Shown here: positions 18,205-29,154 of the stretch, piece by piece
Layout: each line of letters starts with the position of its first letter
Numbering within the stretch: position 1 is the first letter of the stretch
NCBI RefSeq assembly: GCF_988242995.1
Contig: NZ_OZ547043.1
Length of the DNA stretch: 64,000 nt
Strand: one strand, 5' to 3'
Notes under the pieces: generated by a model
Told to the model about the DNA's origin: nothing
Seen by the model: the letters and a program-made list of their open reading frames with translations, nothing else
Database searches by the model: none
Translations under genes and position numbers: made by a program

Positions 18205-21200
18205 ATGGGTAAAGGCAGCAGTAAGGGGCATACCCCGCGCGAAGCGAAGGACAACCTGAAGTCCACGCAGCTGCTGAGTGTGATCGATGCCATCAGCGAA
18301 GGGCCGGTTGAAGGTCCGGTGGATGGATTAAAAAGCGTGCTGCTGAACAGTACGCCGGTGCTGGACAGTGAGGGGAATACCAATATATCCGGCGTCACGG
18401 TGGTGTTCCGGGCCGGTGAGCAGGAGCAGACTCCGCCGGAGGGATTTGAATCCTCCGGTTCCGAGACGGTGCTGGGTACGGAAGTGAAATATGACACGCC
18501 GATCACCCGCACCATCACGTCGGCAAACATCGACCGTCTGCGCTTTACCTTCGGTGTGCAGGCACTGGTGGAAACCACCTCAAAGGGGGACAGGAATCCA
18601 TCGGAAGTCCGCCTGCTGGTTCAGATACAACGTAACGGTGGCTGGGTGACGGAAAAAGACATCACCATTAAGGGTAAAACCACCTCGCAGTATCTGGCCT
18701 CAGTGGTGGTGGATAACCTGCCGCCGCGCCCGTTTAATATCCGGATGCGCAGGATGACGCCGGACAGCACCACAGACCAGCTGCAGAACAAAACGCTCTG
18801 GTCGTCATACACCGAAATCATCGATGTGAAACAGTGCTACCCGAACACGGCACTGGTCGGCGTGCAGGTGGACTCGGAGCAGTTCGGCAGCCAGCAGGTG
18901 AGCCGTAATTATCATCTGCGCGGGCGTATTCTGCAGGTGCCGTCGAACTATAACCCGCAGACGCGGCAATACAGCGGTATCTGGGACGGGACGTTTAAAC
19001 CGGCATACAGCAACAACATGGCCTGGTGTCTGTGGGATATGCTGACCCATCCGCGCTACGGCATGGGGAAGCGTCTCGGTGCGGCGGATGTGGACAAATG
19101 GGCGCTGTATGTCATCGGCCAGAATTGCGACCAGTCGGTGCCGGATGGCTTTGGTGGCACGGAGCCGCGCATCACCTGTAATGCCTGGCTGACCACGCAG
19201 CGCAAGGCGTGGGATGTGCTCAGTGATTTCTGCTCGGCGATGCGCTGTATGCCGGTATGGAACGGGCAGACGCTGACGTTCGTGCAGGACCGGCCATCGG
19301 ATAAGGTGTGGACCTATAACCGCAGTAATGTGGTGATGCCGGATGATGGCGCGCCGTTCCGCTACAGCTTCAGCGCCCTGAAGGACCGTCATAATGCCGT
19401 TGAGGTGAACTGGATTGACCCGGATAACGGCTGGGAGACGGCGACAGAGCTTGTGGAGGACACGCAGGCCATTGCCCGTTACGGTCGTAACGTCACGAAG
19501 ATGGATGCCTTTGGCTGTACCAGCCGGGGGCAGGCACACCGCGCCGGGCTGTGGCTGATTAAAACAGAACTGCTGGAAACGCAGACCGTGGATTTCAGCG
19601 TCGGCGCAGAAGGGCTTCGCCATGTACCGGGTGATGTTATTGAAATCTGCGATGATGACTATGCGGGGATCAGCATTGGCGGGCGCGTGCTGGCGGTGAA
19701 CAGCCAGACCCGGACGCTGACGCTCGACCGTGAAATCACGCTGCCATCCTCCGGTACCACGCTGATAAGCCTGGTTGACGGGCAGGGGAGTCCGGTCAGC
19801 GTGGAGGTTCAGTCCGTCACCGACGGCGTGAAGGTGAAAGTGAGTCGGGTTCCTGACGGCGTTGCCGAATACAGCGTGTGGGGGCTGAAGCTGCCGACGC
19901 TGCGCCAGCGCCTGTTCCGCTGTGTGAGTATCCGTGAGAACGATGACGGCACGTATGCCATCACCGCCGTGCAGCATGTACCGGAAAAAGAAGCCATCGT
20001 GGATAACGGGGCGCACTTTGACGGCGACCAGAGCGGCACGGTGAATGGTGTCACGCCGCCAGCGGTGCAGCACCTGACCGCCGAAGTCACCGCAGACAGC
20101 GGGGAATATCAGGTGCTGGCGCGATGGGACACGCCGAAGGTGGTGAAGGGCGTGAGCTTCCTGCTTCGCCTTACCGTGGCAGCGGACGACGGCAGTGAGC
20201 GGCTGGTCAGCATGGCCCGGACGACGGAAACCACATACCGCTTCAGGCAACTGGCGCTGGGGAACTACAGGCTGACAGTCCGGGCGGTAAATGCGTGGGG
20301 GCAGCAGGGCGATCCGGCGTCGGTATCGTTCCGGATTGCCGCACCGGCAGCACCGTCGAGGATTGAGCTGACGCCGGGCTATTTTCAGATAACCGCCACG
20401 CCGCATCTTGCCGTTTATGACCCGACGGTACAGTTTGAGTTCTGGTTCTCGGAAAATCGGATTGCGGATATCAGGCAGGTTGAAACCAGCGCGCGTTATC
20501 TTGGCACGGCGCTGTACTGGATAGCCGCCAGTATCAATATCAAACCGGGCCATGATTATTATTTTTACGTTCGCAGTGTGAACACCGTCGGCAAATCGAC
20601 ATTCGTGGAGGCTGTCGGTCGGGTGAGCGATGATGCGGAAGGTTACCTGGATTTTTTCAAAGGCAAGATAACCGAATCCCATCTCGGCAAGGAGCTGCTG
20701 GAAAAAGTCGAGCTGACGGAGGATAACGCCAGCAGACTGGAGGAGTTTTCGAAAGAGTGGAAGGACGCCAACGATAAGTGGAATGCCATGTGGGCTGTCA
20801 AAATTGAGCAGACCAAAGACGGCAAACATTATGTCGCGGGTATTGGCCTCAGCATGGAGGACACGGAGGAAGGCAAACTGAGCCAGTTCCTGGTTGCCGC
20901 TAACCGTATCGCATTTATTGACCCGGCAAACGGGAATGAAACGCCGATGTTTGTGGCGCAGGGCAATCAGATATTCATGAACGAAGTGTTCCTGAAATAT
21001 CTGACGGCTCCCACCATTACCAGCGGCGGTAATCCTCCGGCATTTTCCCTGACACCGGACGGGCGGCTGACGGCGAAAAATGCCGATATCAGCGGTAACG
21101 TGAATGCGAACTCCGGGACGCTCAACAACGTCACGATTAACGAGAACTGCCGGGTTCTGGGAAAACTGTCCGCGAACCAGATTGAAGGCGATCTCGTTAA

Positions 21201-21600
21201 AACAGTGGGCAAAGCTTTCCCCCGTGACTCCCGGGCACCGGAGCGGTGGCCATCAGGGACCATTACCGTCAGGGTTTATGACGATCAGCCGTTTGACCGG
21301 CAAATTGTTATTCCGGCGGTGGCATTCAGTGGCGCTAAGCATGAGAGAGAGCATACTGATATTTACTCCTCATGCCGTCTGATAGTGCGGAAAAACGGTG
21401 CTGAAATTTATAACCGTACCGCGCTGGATAATACGCTGATTTACAGTGGCGTTATTGATATGCCTGCCGGTCACGGTCACATGACACTGGAGTTTTCGGT
21501 GTCAGCATGGCTGGTAAATGGCTGGTATCCCACAGCAAGTATCAGCGATTTGCTGGTTGTTGTGATGAAGAAAGCCACTGCAGGCATCACGATTAGCTGA
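18205..21600 (+). CDS. J: Central tail fibre / host specificity protein J
   Basis: 1131-aa ORF matching lambda gpJ (lambda J is 1132 aa). Confidence 0.9.
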   Translation: MGKGSSKGHTPREAKDNLKSTQLLSVIDAISEGPVEGPVDGLKSVLLNSTPVLDSEGNTNISGVTVVFRAGEQEQTPPEGFESSGSETVLGTEVKYDTPITRTITSANIDRLRFTFGVQALVETTSKGDRNPSEVRLLVQIQRNGGWVTEKDITIKGKTTSQYLASVVVDNLPPRPFNIRMRRMTPDSTTDQLQNKTLWSSYTEIIDVKQCYPNTALVGVQVDSEQFGSQQVSRNYHLRGRILQVPSNYNPQTRQYSGIWDGTFKPAYSNNMAWCLWDMLTHPRYGMGKRLGAADVDKWALYVIGQNCDQSVPDGFGGTEPRITCNAWLTTQRKAWDVLSDFCSAMRCMPVWNGQTLTFVQDRPSDKVWTYNRSNVVMPDDGAPFRYSFSALKDRHNAVEVNWIDPDNGWETATELVEDTQAIARYGRNVTKMDAFGCTSRGQAHRAGLWLIKTELLETQTVDFSVGAEGLRHVPGDVIEICDDDYAGISIGGRVLAVNSQTRTLTLDREITLPSSGTTLISLVDGQGSPVSVEVQSVTDGVKVKVSRVPDGVAEYSVWGLKLPTLRQRLFRCVSIRENDDGTYAITAVQHVPEKEAIVDNGAHFDGDQSGTVNGVTPPAVQHLTAEVTADSGEYQVLARWDTPKVVKGVSFLLRLTVAADDGSERLVSMARTTETTYRFRQLALGNYRLTVRAVNAWGQQGDPASVSFRIAAPAAPSRIELTPGYFQITATPHLAVYDPTVQFEFWFSENRIADIRQVETSARYLGTALYWIAASINIKPGHDYYFYVRSVNTVGKSTFVEAVGRVSDDAEGYLDFFKGKITESHLGKELLEKVELTEDNASRLEEFSKEWKDANDKWNAMWAVKIEQTKDGKHYVAGIGLSMEDTEEGKLSQFLVAANRIAFIDPANGNETPMFVAQGNQIFMNEVFLKYLTAPTITSGGNPPAFSLTPDGRLTAKNADISGNVNANSGTLNNVTINENCRVLGKLSANQIEGDLVKTVGKAFPRDSRAPERWPSGTITVRVYDDQPFDRQIVIPAVAFSGAKHEREHTDIYSSCRLIVRKNGAEIYNRTALDNTLIYSGVIDMPAGHGHMTLEFSVSAWLVNGWYPTASISDLLVVVMKKATAGITIS

Positions 21601-21618
21601 ATTTTATAACCCAGATAC

Positions 21619-21644
21619 GGGCACCAGAAATGGTGCCTTTTTTA
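21619..21644 (+). terminator. Rho-independent terminator after J (ggcacc...ggtgcc + TTTTTT)
   Basis: Read directly from sequence. Confidence 0.5.
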
Positions 21645-21667
21645 TTGCAGAAAAGCGAGAGGTAATT

Positions 21668-22267
21668 ATGCGTAAATTATGTGCTGTTATTCTGTCCGCA
21701 GTAGTCTGGCTGGTTGCCGCTGGTACGCCAGCGAGCGCAGCAGAGCATCAGTCCACACTAAGCGCCGGGTATCTTCAGACCCATACTGATATGCCAGGCA
21801 GTGATGACCTGAAGGGCATTAACGTGAAATACCGTTATGAATTTACGGACATGCTGGGGCTGGTGACGTCATTCAGTTATGCCAATGCCAAAGATGAGCA
21901 AAGAACGCATTACAGCGATACCCGCTGGCATGAAGATTCAGTGCGTAACCGCTGGTTCAGCATGATGGCGGGGCCATCTGTACGCGTGAATGAATGGTTC
22001 AGTGCTTATGCGATGGCAGGTGTGGCTTACAGCCGTGTTTCGACGTTCTCCGGGGATTATCTCCGCGTAACTGACAACAAGGGGAAAACGCACGATGTGC
22101 TGACCGGAAGTGATGACGATCGCCACAGCAACACGTCTCTGGCGTGGGGAGCTGGCGTGCAGTTTAACCCGACCGAATCCGTGGCCATTGATATTGCTTA
22201 TGAAGGCTCCGGCAGTGGCGACTGGCGCACTGACGGTTTCATCGTGGGTGTCGGTTATAAGTTCTGA
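21668..22267 (+). CDS. lom: Outer membrane protein Lom (Ail/Lom family)
   Basis: 199-aa ORF with signal peptide; matches lambda Lom. Confidence 0.85.
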   Translation: MRKLCAVILSAVVWLVAAGTPASAAEHQSTLSAGYLQTHTDMPGSDDLKGINVKYRYEFTDMLGLVTSFSYANAKDEQRTHYSDTRWHEDSVRNRWFSMMAGPSVRVNEWFSAYAMAGVAYSRVSTFSGDYLRVTDNKGKTHDVLTGSDDDRHSNTSLAWGAGVQFNPTESVAIDIAYEGSGSGDWRTDGFIVGVGYKF

Positions 22268-22293
22268 TTAGCCAGGTAACACAGTGTTATGAC

Positions 22294-22321
22294 AGCCCGC
22301 CGGTTCAGGCGGGCTTTTTTG
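22294..22321 (+). terminator. Rho-independent terminator after lom (gcccgcc...ggcgggc + TTTTTT)
   Basis: Read directly from sequence. Confidence 0.55.
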
Positions 22322-22325
22322 TGGA

Positions 22326-24722
22326 GTGGATATGGCAGCAGTAAAAATCTCAGGTGTGCTGAAAGATGGTGCGGGAAAACCAATACAGAACTGCACTATT
22401 CAACTGAAGGCAAAGCGTAACAGCACCACGGTACTGGTGAACACGGTGGCTTCTGAAAATCCGGATGAAGCCGGACGTTACAGCATGGATGTTGAGTATG
22501 GCCAGTACAGCGTCACCCTGCTGGTTGAAGGTTTTCCGCCTTCACATGCCGGGACCATTACCGTCTATGAAGGCTCCAGACCAGGTACGCTGAATGATTT
22601 TCTCGGTGCCATGACGGAAGATGATGTCATGCCGGAGGCATTGCGTCGTTTTGAGGCAATGGTGGAAGAAGCGGCACACAACGCTGAAGCCACCTTTCAG
22701 AGCGCAGCGGCGGCAAAGAAATCCGAAGCTGCTGCGGCATCATCGAAGAACGCGGCGAAAAGCTCAGAAACGAATGCAGCTAACAGCGCACAGGCGGCAG
22801 CGGCCTCACAGACTGCATCGGCAAACTCCGCGACAGCAGCCCAAAAATCAGAAGCCAACGCGAAAAATAGCGAAACAGCCGCAAAGACGAGCGAAACCAA
22901 CGCGAAGTCCAGCCAGACGGCAGCGAAAACCAGCGAAACGAATGCCAAAACCAGTGAAACTGCGGCGAAAAGCAGTCAGGCTGCAGCAGCCGAAAGCGAG
23001 AGTGCTGCAGCCGGTTCTGCGACTTCAGCAGCTGGATCAGCAACTGCTGCGGCTAACAGCCAGAAAGCAGCGAAGACGAGCGAAACTAACGCAAAGTCCA
23101 GCCAGACGGCAGCGAAGACCAGCGAAACGAATGCCAAAGCCAGCGAAACTGCGGCGAAAAACAGTCAGGATGCAGCGGCCCAAAGCGAGAGTGCCGCAGC
23201 TGGTTCTGCAAGTGCGGCGGCTTCTTCTGCCACTGCATCAGCCAACAGTCAAAAAGCTGCAAAAACCAGTGAAACCAACGCAAAGGCGAGCGAGACTGCG
23301 GCGGCGAACTCGGCGCAAGCATCGGCAGCAAGCCAGACAGCAGCTAAAGCAAGTGAAGACGCAGCCAGAGAGTATGCAAGCCAGGCAGCGGAGCCGTATA
23401 AACAAGTTTTGCAGCCGTTGCCCGATGTGTGGATACCGTTTAATGATTCACTGGATATGATTACGGGCTTTTCGCCATCATATAAAAAAATTGTTATTGG
23501 TGACGATGAAATAACGATGCCTGGCGACAAGATTGTTAAGTTTAAACGTGCATCAACGGCTACATATGTCAATAAATCCGGGGAACTGAAAATTGTAGCA
23601 ATCGACGAACCACGATTTGAAAAAGATGGTTTACTGATTGAAGGCCAACGAAGCAATTCATTTGCAGATTCTAATAATCCGTCGTTATGGAATAAAGCCG
23701 CACAATTGAATATAACCAATGGCAAAGATGAATTTGGTTTTACCTATGGTCTTATTAATGTTGTAGCCGAAACAAGCACTACCGGACGCGCTACATTTAT
23801 TTCAACTGGATATCCAAGATCAATGCCAGCAAAGGCAGGGGAATCTCTTACAATATCCTTCCGAGTTAAAAAAGTTGCTGGTGATGGGGTTCTGACAGTA
23901 TATCCGAGGATTGCTTATGTAAATGATGATGGCTCTAGTAATACTCTTTCTTCGAATGCCTATATAAATGCGGAAACGGGCGAAGTTTTAGGAACTCCTG
24001 CAGGCGGAAGCTCGACGAAAGTATATACTAAAATTGAATCCAATGGATGGTTGTTTGTATCTTTGACTTATAAAACCGCAGAAGACAAAACATTTTATGG
24101 TCGAATTGAAGTTGGTGCACATAAACGAGATATACAGATTGGTGATCAGTGGATGATAACGACACCGCAATTTGAAGTTGGTAGCAGTGCTTCTTCTTTT
24201 ATTATTTCTGGATCTGCGACAACGACAAGAGCGAGTGATTTAGTTACAATCCCGATCAAAAACAATATCTACAATTTACCGCTTACTGTAATGTGCGAAA
24301 CTAATCTTAATTGGGAATGGGATTCTCCGCCAAATGCCGCACCTAGAATAATGGATTTTACGGGTCAAAAAGCGGGGCAGGCCATAATTTATGGTCTACG
24401 TGGTGGGACTGCGGTTGATACTGGATCGCCCTATGTTGATATGGGTGATGGCGCTACAAGAATTAATAAGTATGTAAAAACAACAAATCGAAAGTTTATC
24501 TCTGGCTTTAGGTGTAAAGAAAATGGAGATACTCAAGCGTTTTGTAATTCTGTTTTTTCATCGTCTGCAAGGACAGATTATATTCATGTAGCACCAACTG
24601 CAACGATAAGATTTGGTGGGCAAACCAGTACGGGTGAGCGTCATATATTCGGACACATCCGAAATTTCAGGATTTGGCATAAAGCGTTAACTGATGCACA
24701 AATGGGGGAGAGTATTAAATGA
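22326..24722 (+). CDS. stf: Side tail fibre protein, mosaic: lambda Stf-like N-terminus, Ala/Ser/Thr-rich tandem-repeat shaft, unrelated AT-rich C-terminal domain
   Basis: N-terminus MDMAAVKISGVLKDGAGKPIQNCTIQLKAKRNSTTVLVNTV... matches lambda Stf; C-terminal about 440 aa (from ...QPLPDVWIPFNDSLD) has no lambda Stf similarity and lower GC. Confidence 0.8.
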   Translation: MDMAAVKISGVLKDGAGKPIQNCTIQLKAKRNSTTVLVNTVASENPDEAGRYSMDVEYGQYSVTLLVEGFPPSHAGTITVYEGSRPGTLNDFLGAMTEDDVMPEALRRFEAMVEEAAHNAEATFQSAAAAKKSEAAAASSKNAAKSSETNAANSAQAAAASQTASANSATAAQKSEANAKNSETAAKTSETNAKSSQTAAKTSETNAKTSETAAKSSQAAAAESESAAAGSATSAAGSATAAANSQKAAKTSETNAKSSQTAAKTSETNAKASETAAKNSQDAAAQSESAAAGSASAAASSATASANSQKAAKTSETNAKASETAAANSAQASAASQTAAKASEDAAREYASQAAEPYKQVLQPLPDVWIPFNDSLDMITGFSPSYKKIVIGDDEITMPGDKIVKFKRASTATYVNKSGELKIVAIDEPRFEKDGLLIEGQRSNSFADSNNPSLWNKAAQLNITNGKDEFGFTYGLINVVAETSTTGRATFISTGYPRSMPAKAGESLTISFRVKKVAGDGVLTVYPRIAYVNDDGSSNTLSSNAYINAETGEVLGTPAGGSSTKVYTKIESNGWLFVSLTYKTAEDKTFYGRIEVGAHKRDIQIGDQWMITTPQFEVGSSASSFIISGSATTTRASDLVTIPIKNNIYNLPLTVMCETNLNWEWDSPPNAAPRIMDFTGQKAGQAIIYGLRGGTAVDTGSPYVDMGDGATRINKYVKTTNRKFISGFRCKENGDTQAFCNSVFSSSARTDYIHVAPTATIRFGGQTSTGERHIFGHIRNFRIWHKALTDAQMGESIK
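22883..23300 (+). repeat. About 189-bp tandem repeat (2 copies plus a partial third) inside stf
   Basis: Near-identical DNA blocks starting aagacgagcgaaac...; protein repeat AAKTSETNAKSSQTAAKTSETNAK... Confidence 0.7.
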
Positions 24723-25000
24723 AAGATTTAACACTAAAATTTTCTGACAGGGCCGACTTTTCGGCCTTTATGGATAGCATTGGCTATTATGATGACGAGT
24801 CGATGCAGGATGATATTCTCATTGACGTGATAGGTAACGTGTACAAAGAAACCGGAGAACTGAATGAAGATGGCGAACCGGTATGTGTTAAGGAAGACGG
24901 ATATTTTGTAAACGTGCGCATCATTAATGATGTGAAAACACCGTCAATATTCGATGAATACGTGGTTGCTGTTGAGCATCAACTTCGTGGCTGGATGTGA
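24719..25000 (+). CDS. Hypothetical acidic protein (93 aa) downstream of stf
   Basis: ATGA overlap with stf stop; no recognisable family. Confidence 0.4.
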   Translation: MKDLTLKFSDRADFSAFMDSIGYYDDESMQDDILIDVIGNVYKETGELNEDGEPVCVKEDGYFVNVRIINDVKTPSIFDEYVVAVEHQLRGWM

Positions 25001-25009
25001 GGAAGAAAA

Positions 25010-25699
25010 ATGGCTACATCGACAGTAATTCCGGGAGACATTACCACGCTAAAGGGAGATGTCAGTAAAGCTAAGGAAGATATTTCCTCAATTAACGGAA
25101 AAGTATCAACGCTTCAGACTGATATGACCAGTGCAAAGCAGGATATCAGCACCAGATACACAAAAACTGAAGTTGATAATAAGCTGAAAAACAAAGTGGA
25201 AGTGAACGATCTGGAAAGTGGTCGTTATGGCGGAGATTTTTACCCGCTGACTGGCCGTGAAGCGTTTTATTTATGGGGATTGGGCACAACTACAGCGGCG
25301 GCAAATCTTTATCTTAATCCTGACCCTGCAATTTCGTCTGTGCTGCGGTCAACATCGTCTATCCGCTATAAACATTCAGTAGAGACGATAGATTCAGAGC
25401 ACGCCGATCTCATTTTCAAGATGCGCCCTGTATGGTACAGGTCGCAATGCGAAAATGACAGGCGCGGTTGGGGATTCTATGGATTGATTGCCGAGGAAGT
25501 AGGAGAAATTGCCCCTCAGTTTGTACACTGGCGACCAGCTAACGAGAATGATGCTCCTGAAGCTATTTCCAGCAATGGCCTTGTTGCCGAAGGTGTAATG
25601 TACGAACGTCTGGTTGTTCCACTGATTCACCATATCCAGAAACTGACTGAAAGAGTTGAAGAACTTGAGTCAGAATTAAAGTTGTTATCAACTTCCTGA
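25010..25699 (+). CDS. Short tail-fibre-like protein: N-terminal coiled coil plus C-terminal intramolecular-chaperone (peptidase S74-like) domain
   Basis: 229-aa ORF; C-terminal segment SSIRYKHSVETIDSEHADLIFKMRPVWYR...GFYGLIAEEVGEIAPQFV...GLVAEGVMYERLVVPLIHHIQKLTERVEELE resembles autoproteolytic chaperone domains of phage fibres and endosialidases. Confidence 0.55.
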   Translation: MATSTVIPGDITTLKGDVSKAKEDISSINGKVSTLQTDMTSAKQDISTRYTKTEVDNKLKNKVEVNDLESGRYGGDFYPLTGREAFYLWGLGTTTAAANLYLNPDPAISSVLRSTSSIRYKHSVETIDSEHADLIFKMRPVWYRSQCENDRRGWGFYGLIAEEVGEIAPQFVHWRPANENDAPEAISSNGLVAEGVMYERLVVPLIHHIQKLTERVEELESELKLLSTS

Positions 25700-25724
25700 A
25701 GCGATATTGGATAAAGGAGGAGTA

Positions 25725-26018
25725 ATGGATATAACACCTTTCCTTCACGCGCTTTGTGCTGTGGCTGCGCAGGTACTGGTTGGTCTTTTTACCGGGAACT
25801 GGGCTTACGGGGCGATAGCCGGTTGTACGTTCTTCATTGCGCGTGAACACACCCAGGCAGAATATCGCTGGATTGAAATGTTCGGGCATGGCAAGCGAAT
25901 GAATATGCCGTGGTGGGGCGGTTTTGATCCGCGAGCGTGGGATGTGGCAAGCCTGATGGATTTTGCTGTGCCGGTGGTGGCGTGTCTGCTGGTCTGGCTG
26001 TTGGTTAATCGTGGGTGA
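25725..26018 (+). CDS. Small predicted membrane protein (97 aa, two hydrophobic segments); possible moron or exclusion protein
   Basis: Strong AAGGAGG RBS before MDITPF...; hydrophobic stretches read from translation. Confidence 0.45.
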   Translation: MDITPFLHALCAVAAQVLVGLFTGNWAYGAIAGCTFFIAREHTQAEYRWIEMFGHGKRMNMPWWGGFDPRAWDVASLMDFAVPVVACLLVWLLVNRG

Positions 26019-26689
26019 AAAAAGGTGAGCTGTATATGCAACGGAGGAAGAAACCCCGTTGCTGGAAGCCTGGAAAAAGTATCGGGTGCTGCTAAACCGT
26101 GTGGACACTTCCGTAGCACCAGATATCGAGTGGCTTATTCAACCATAATAAACAGTATGTATATCATAGGTTATTAATTGTGAGTTTTTTCGGTGTGTTA
26201 TTTGTTTGATGTTATGATTTTGCGCCCCAAAAGGTTGTTTAGATGTATTTTATCAATTGATTTTCAATATCGTTTAATAAAGAAAAATTAAGCAAGTTGG
26301 ATGTTGGTTTTTTGTTAATTGAATGGTTCTAATAATGTTTTTTTACTGTTGTTGAATGTGACTTGATAAGAAATGCAAGTAAAAATGATACTCTTTTTAT
26401 TTTAAATTCAAACGGTTGACATATATATAGCAAGAGGTTTCAGGTGCGTTGTAGTGAGTTTATGTTAATAAAAAGCATAGTAAGCGTTGAAAAATGTAAC
26501 TTTGAAATACGTTAGAATAAAAAACAATATACATATAATAATTTAATCTTAAATGAAATTTATTAAAAATTGCAAACTATAATTTTGTGTATAAAAATAT
26601 AAATGCACATCATCCTGATTATGATTGTGTATTTAATTGGTTGTTATTTGACTACTATCAACTTGTTTTAATTTTATGATAGGTGCAAG

Positions 26690-27439
26690 ATGGATTATGT
26701 TTGCTCCGTAGTTTTCATCTGTCAATCATTTGATTTAATTATAAACAGGAGAGTTATCTCGTTCAAAAAAAATTCATTGTTTATTGTAAGCGACAAAATT
26801 AGAAGAGAGTTACCAGTATGCCCCTCTAAACTAAGAATTGTTGATATAGATAAGAAAACATGTTTATCCTTTTTTATCGACGTGAATAATGAGTTGCCTG
26901 GCAAATTTACTCTTGATAAGAATGGCTATATTGCTGAAGAGGAACCTCCATTATCGCTTGTTTTTTCTCTGTTTGAAGGGATTAAAATAGCAGACTCACA
27001 CTCCCTTTGGTTAAAAGAAAGACTATGTATATCCTTACTTGCCATGTTCAAAAAACGCGAAAGTGTAAATTCATTTATACTAACAAATATAAATACATTT
27101 ACCTGTAAAATTACTGGAATAATCAGTTTTAATATTGAGCGGCAATGGCATTTAAAAGATATTGCGGAATTGATTTATACGAGTGAAAGTTTAATAAAAA
27201 AAAGATTAAGGGATGAAGGAACGTCATTTACTGAAATATTGAGAGATACTAGGATGAGGTATGCAAAAAAACTCATAACTTCAAACTCTTATTCTATCAA
27301 TGTCGTAGCCCAGAAATGTGGCTATAACAGTGCTTCATATTTCATATGTGCATTTAAAGATTATTATGGTGTCACGCCATCTCATTATTTTGAGAAAATA
27401 ATCGGCGTCACAGATGGAATAAACAAAACAATTGACTGA
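26690..27439 (+). CDS. appY: AraC-family transcriptional activator AppY
   Basis: 249-aa ORF matching E. coli AppY; AT-rich upstream region. Confidence 0.85.
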   Translation: MDYVCSVVFICQSFDLIINRRVISFKKNSLFIVSDKIRRELPVCPSKLRIVDIDKKTCLSFFIDVNNELPGKFTLDKNGYIAEEEPPLSLVFSLFEGIKIADSHSLWLKERLCISLLAMFKKRESVNSFILTNINTFTCKITGIISFNIERQWHLKDIAELIYTSESLIKKRLRDEGTSFTEILRDTRMRYAKKLITSNSYSINVVAQKCGYNSASYFICAFKDYYGVTPSHYFEKIIGVTDGINKTID

Positions 27440-27645
27440 TAATGTTTATTACAAGTTGTCTACATGTTAATTATAATATTATACAGCGTGTTTTTTGATG
27501 TGATATTCTGGAACCATTAATTTGTAATTGGGTTGCTGTCGCCTATTTTATACACACTATAATTGATGGTTTTCTATGTGATTTAGTTAATAACCTTCTG
27601 GGTTTATTTTAAGGGGTAATTGTTACATTGAAATGGCTAGTTATT

Positions 27646-27670
27646 CCCCGGGGCGATTTTCACCTCGGGG
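27646..27670. terminator. Bidirectional stem-loop (ccccgggg...cgggg) between convergent appY and ompT
   Basis: Read directly from sequence. Confidence 0.35.
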
Positions 27671-27688
27671 AAATTTTAGTTGGCGTTC

Positions 27689-28642
27689 TTAAAATGTGTA
27701 CTTAAGACCAGCAGTAGTGATGAAGTTATAGTTTTCTATGCCTGCACCATTTTTGCTGTAGTCTGAAGTGTTATCATTGTGATCATAAAGTGAAGTATTA
27801 CCTTTTTTATTCGTAACCCGATTCCATGCGCCTTCAACATAAACTTTTGCGTTAGGTGTTACGTAATAACCTGCATTGACTGCAACAGAATAGTAATTTT
27901 GGTCTTTGACTTTACTGCGATAAGTGATTCTTTTTCCTGGGTCATAGTGCTCATCGTTATCAGATGCTTCCACCCAGCCGCTGTATTTAAATGTGCCACC
28001 TAGCTCAAAATCTTCATAACGATAACTTCCAGTCAAGCCAATGTAGGGCATTTTAAAACGTTGTTTGTAGCCGATTGCTCTTTCTCCATTCGGGAAGGAG
28101 CCGATATCATCTCTGAATCCCTCCTCAGAACTGTAGATATAGGAACCACCTCTGGCTGTAAAGCTATAACGGCTTTCCTGATATCCGGCCATGAGTCCCA
28201 GGCGGTAATTGGGTTCGTTGAGGAGCCAGCCTTTGATATTCAGATCAAATTCGTTGGCATAATTGAGTTGTGTATCAGGGTGCCTACTTTCATCTGTCCA
28301 GGTTCCGGGGTTACTGGAATCCATCCAGTCCTGATCGACCATATTGCCACCTCGGCTGCCGAGAGTAGTCCAGCCCGCAGCCCCAATAGATATCTGGGGC
28401 ATCAAATCCCAATTAATTGCACCTTTAATAATTGCAGCGTTATTGAATTTCCAGTCGAGTTGACTGACTTTTCGGCCTCCTTCTTCAGCTAGATAAACGC
28501 GCTCTTTTGTTTTTCCGCTCAGAGTTCCAAGACTAATGTCCGCATTTATGTTGTCAGGAGTAAACGATATAGTCTCGGTAGAAGCAAAAGAGCTGATCGC
28601 AATAGGGGTTGTCAGGACTATTCCCAGAAGTTTCGCCCGCAT
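27689..28642 (-). CDS. ompT: Outer membrane protease OmpT (omptin)
   Basis: 317-aa ORF matching E. coli OmpT. Confidence 0.9.
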   Translation of the reverse strand: MRAKLLGIVLTTPIAISSFASTETISFTPDNINADISLGTLSGKTKERVYLAEEGGRKVSQLDWKFNNAAIIKGAINWDLMPQISIGAAGWTTLGSRGGNMVDQDWMDSSNPGTWTDESRHPDTQLNYANEFDLNIKGWLLNEPNYRLGLMAGYQESRYSFTARGGSYIYSSEEGFRDDIGSFPNGERAIGYKQRFKMPYIGLTGSYRYEDFELGGTFKYSGWVEASDNDEHYDPGKRITYRSKVKDQNYYSVAVNAGYYVTPNAKVYVEGAWNRVTNKKGNTSLYDHNDNTSDYSKNGAGIENYNFITTAGLKYTF

Positions 28643-29064
28643 AAAAGTTCTCCATTCAATCGTTTTAATGATTGAATATGTATTTTTTATATCTAACTTA
28701 ATGAGTCAATTACATATTGCTCCACTGTTTATATTTTGTTTAGTATTGAATGATTATCACAATGCGCTATCTGTTTTTGGTTTAATTATCTGTTATTGTT
28801 TTATATTGCGGTTTTACTGTGTGGTTTTTTATGCTTTTGTGGTGTTTTTATCTATTTAAGCGCCATGCCTTTAGAGGCATATAAGCGAAAATAGCATGAG
28901 GTTTATCCTCAATTGCTATGTTTTTTAGTACAAAAAAGAGGGACAAAACTGAGACACATAAGGCCTCACAATGGCTTGCAAGGCTTTACATGTTTTGAGG
29001 TAGTGGGACGTGTGAGCGCAGAGATGGCGTGGTAAGTTGTTGACTTAAAATGTCGTTCTAGGAA

Positions 29065-29109
29065 CTTCTAAGTCGTGGGCCGCAGGTTCGAATCCTGCAG
29101 GGCGCGCCA
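29065..29109 (+). other. argU: attR: 3' 45 nt of tRNA-Arg(UCU) argU (anticodon loop to CCA end)
   Basis: cttctaagtcgtgggccgcaggttcgaatcctgcagggcgcgcca matches the 3' portion of argU; the 5' half of the tRNA is absent. Confidence 0.8.
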
Positions 29110-29154
29110 TTTCTTCTTCATTTATCCCCGTCTTATCCGTTTCCGCTTTGCCCT

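Noticed and set aside
18805-20829. 674-aa minus-strand ORF
   Set aside because: Lies entirely antisense within the conserved lambda J gene; typical shadow ORF of a GC-rich coding region.
22621-23460. 279-aa Arg/Gln-rich plus-strand ORF
   Set aside because: Alternate frame of the stf tandem-repeat region; low-complexity artefact.
29065-29109. Intact tRNA gene
   Set aside because: Only the 3' 45 nt of argU are present; the acceptor/D-arm 5' half is missing, so this is an att-site remnant, not a functional tRNA.
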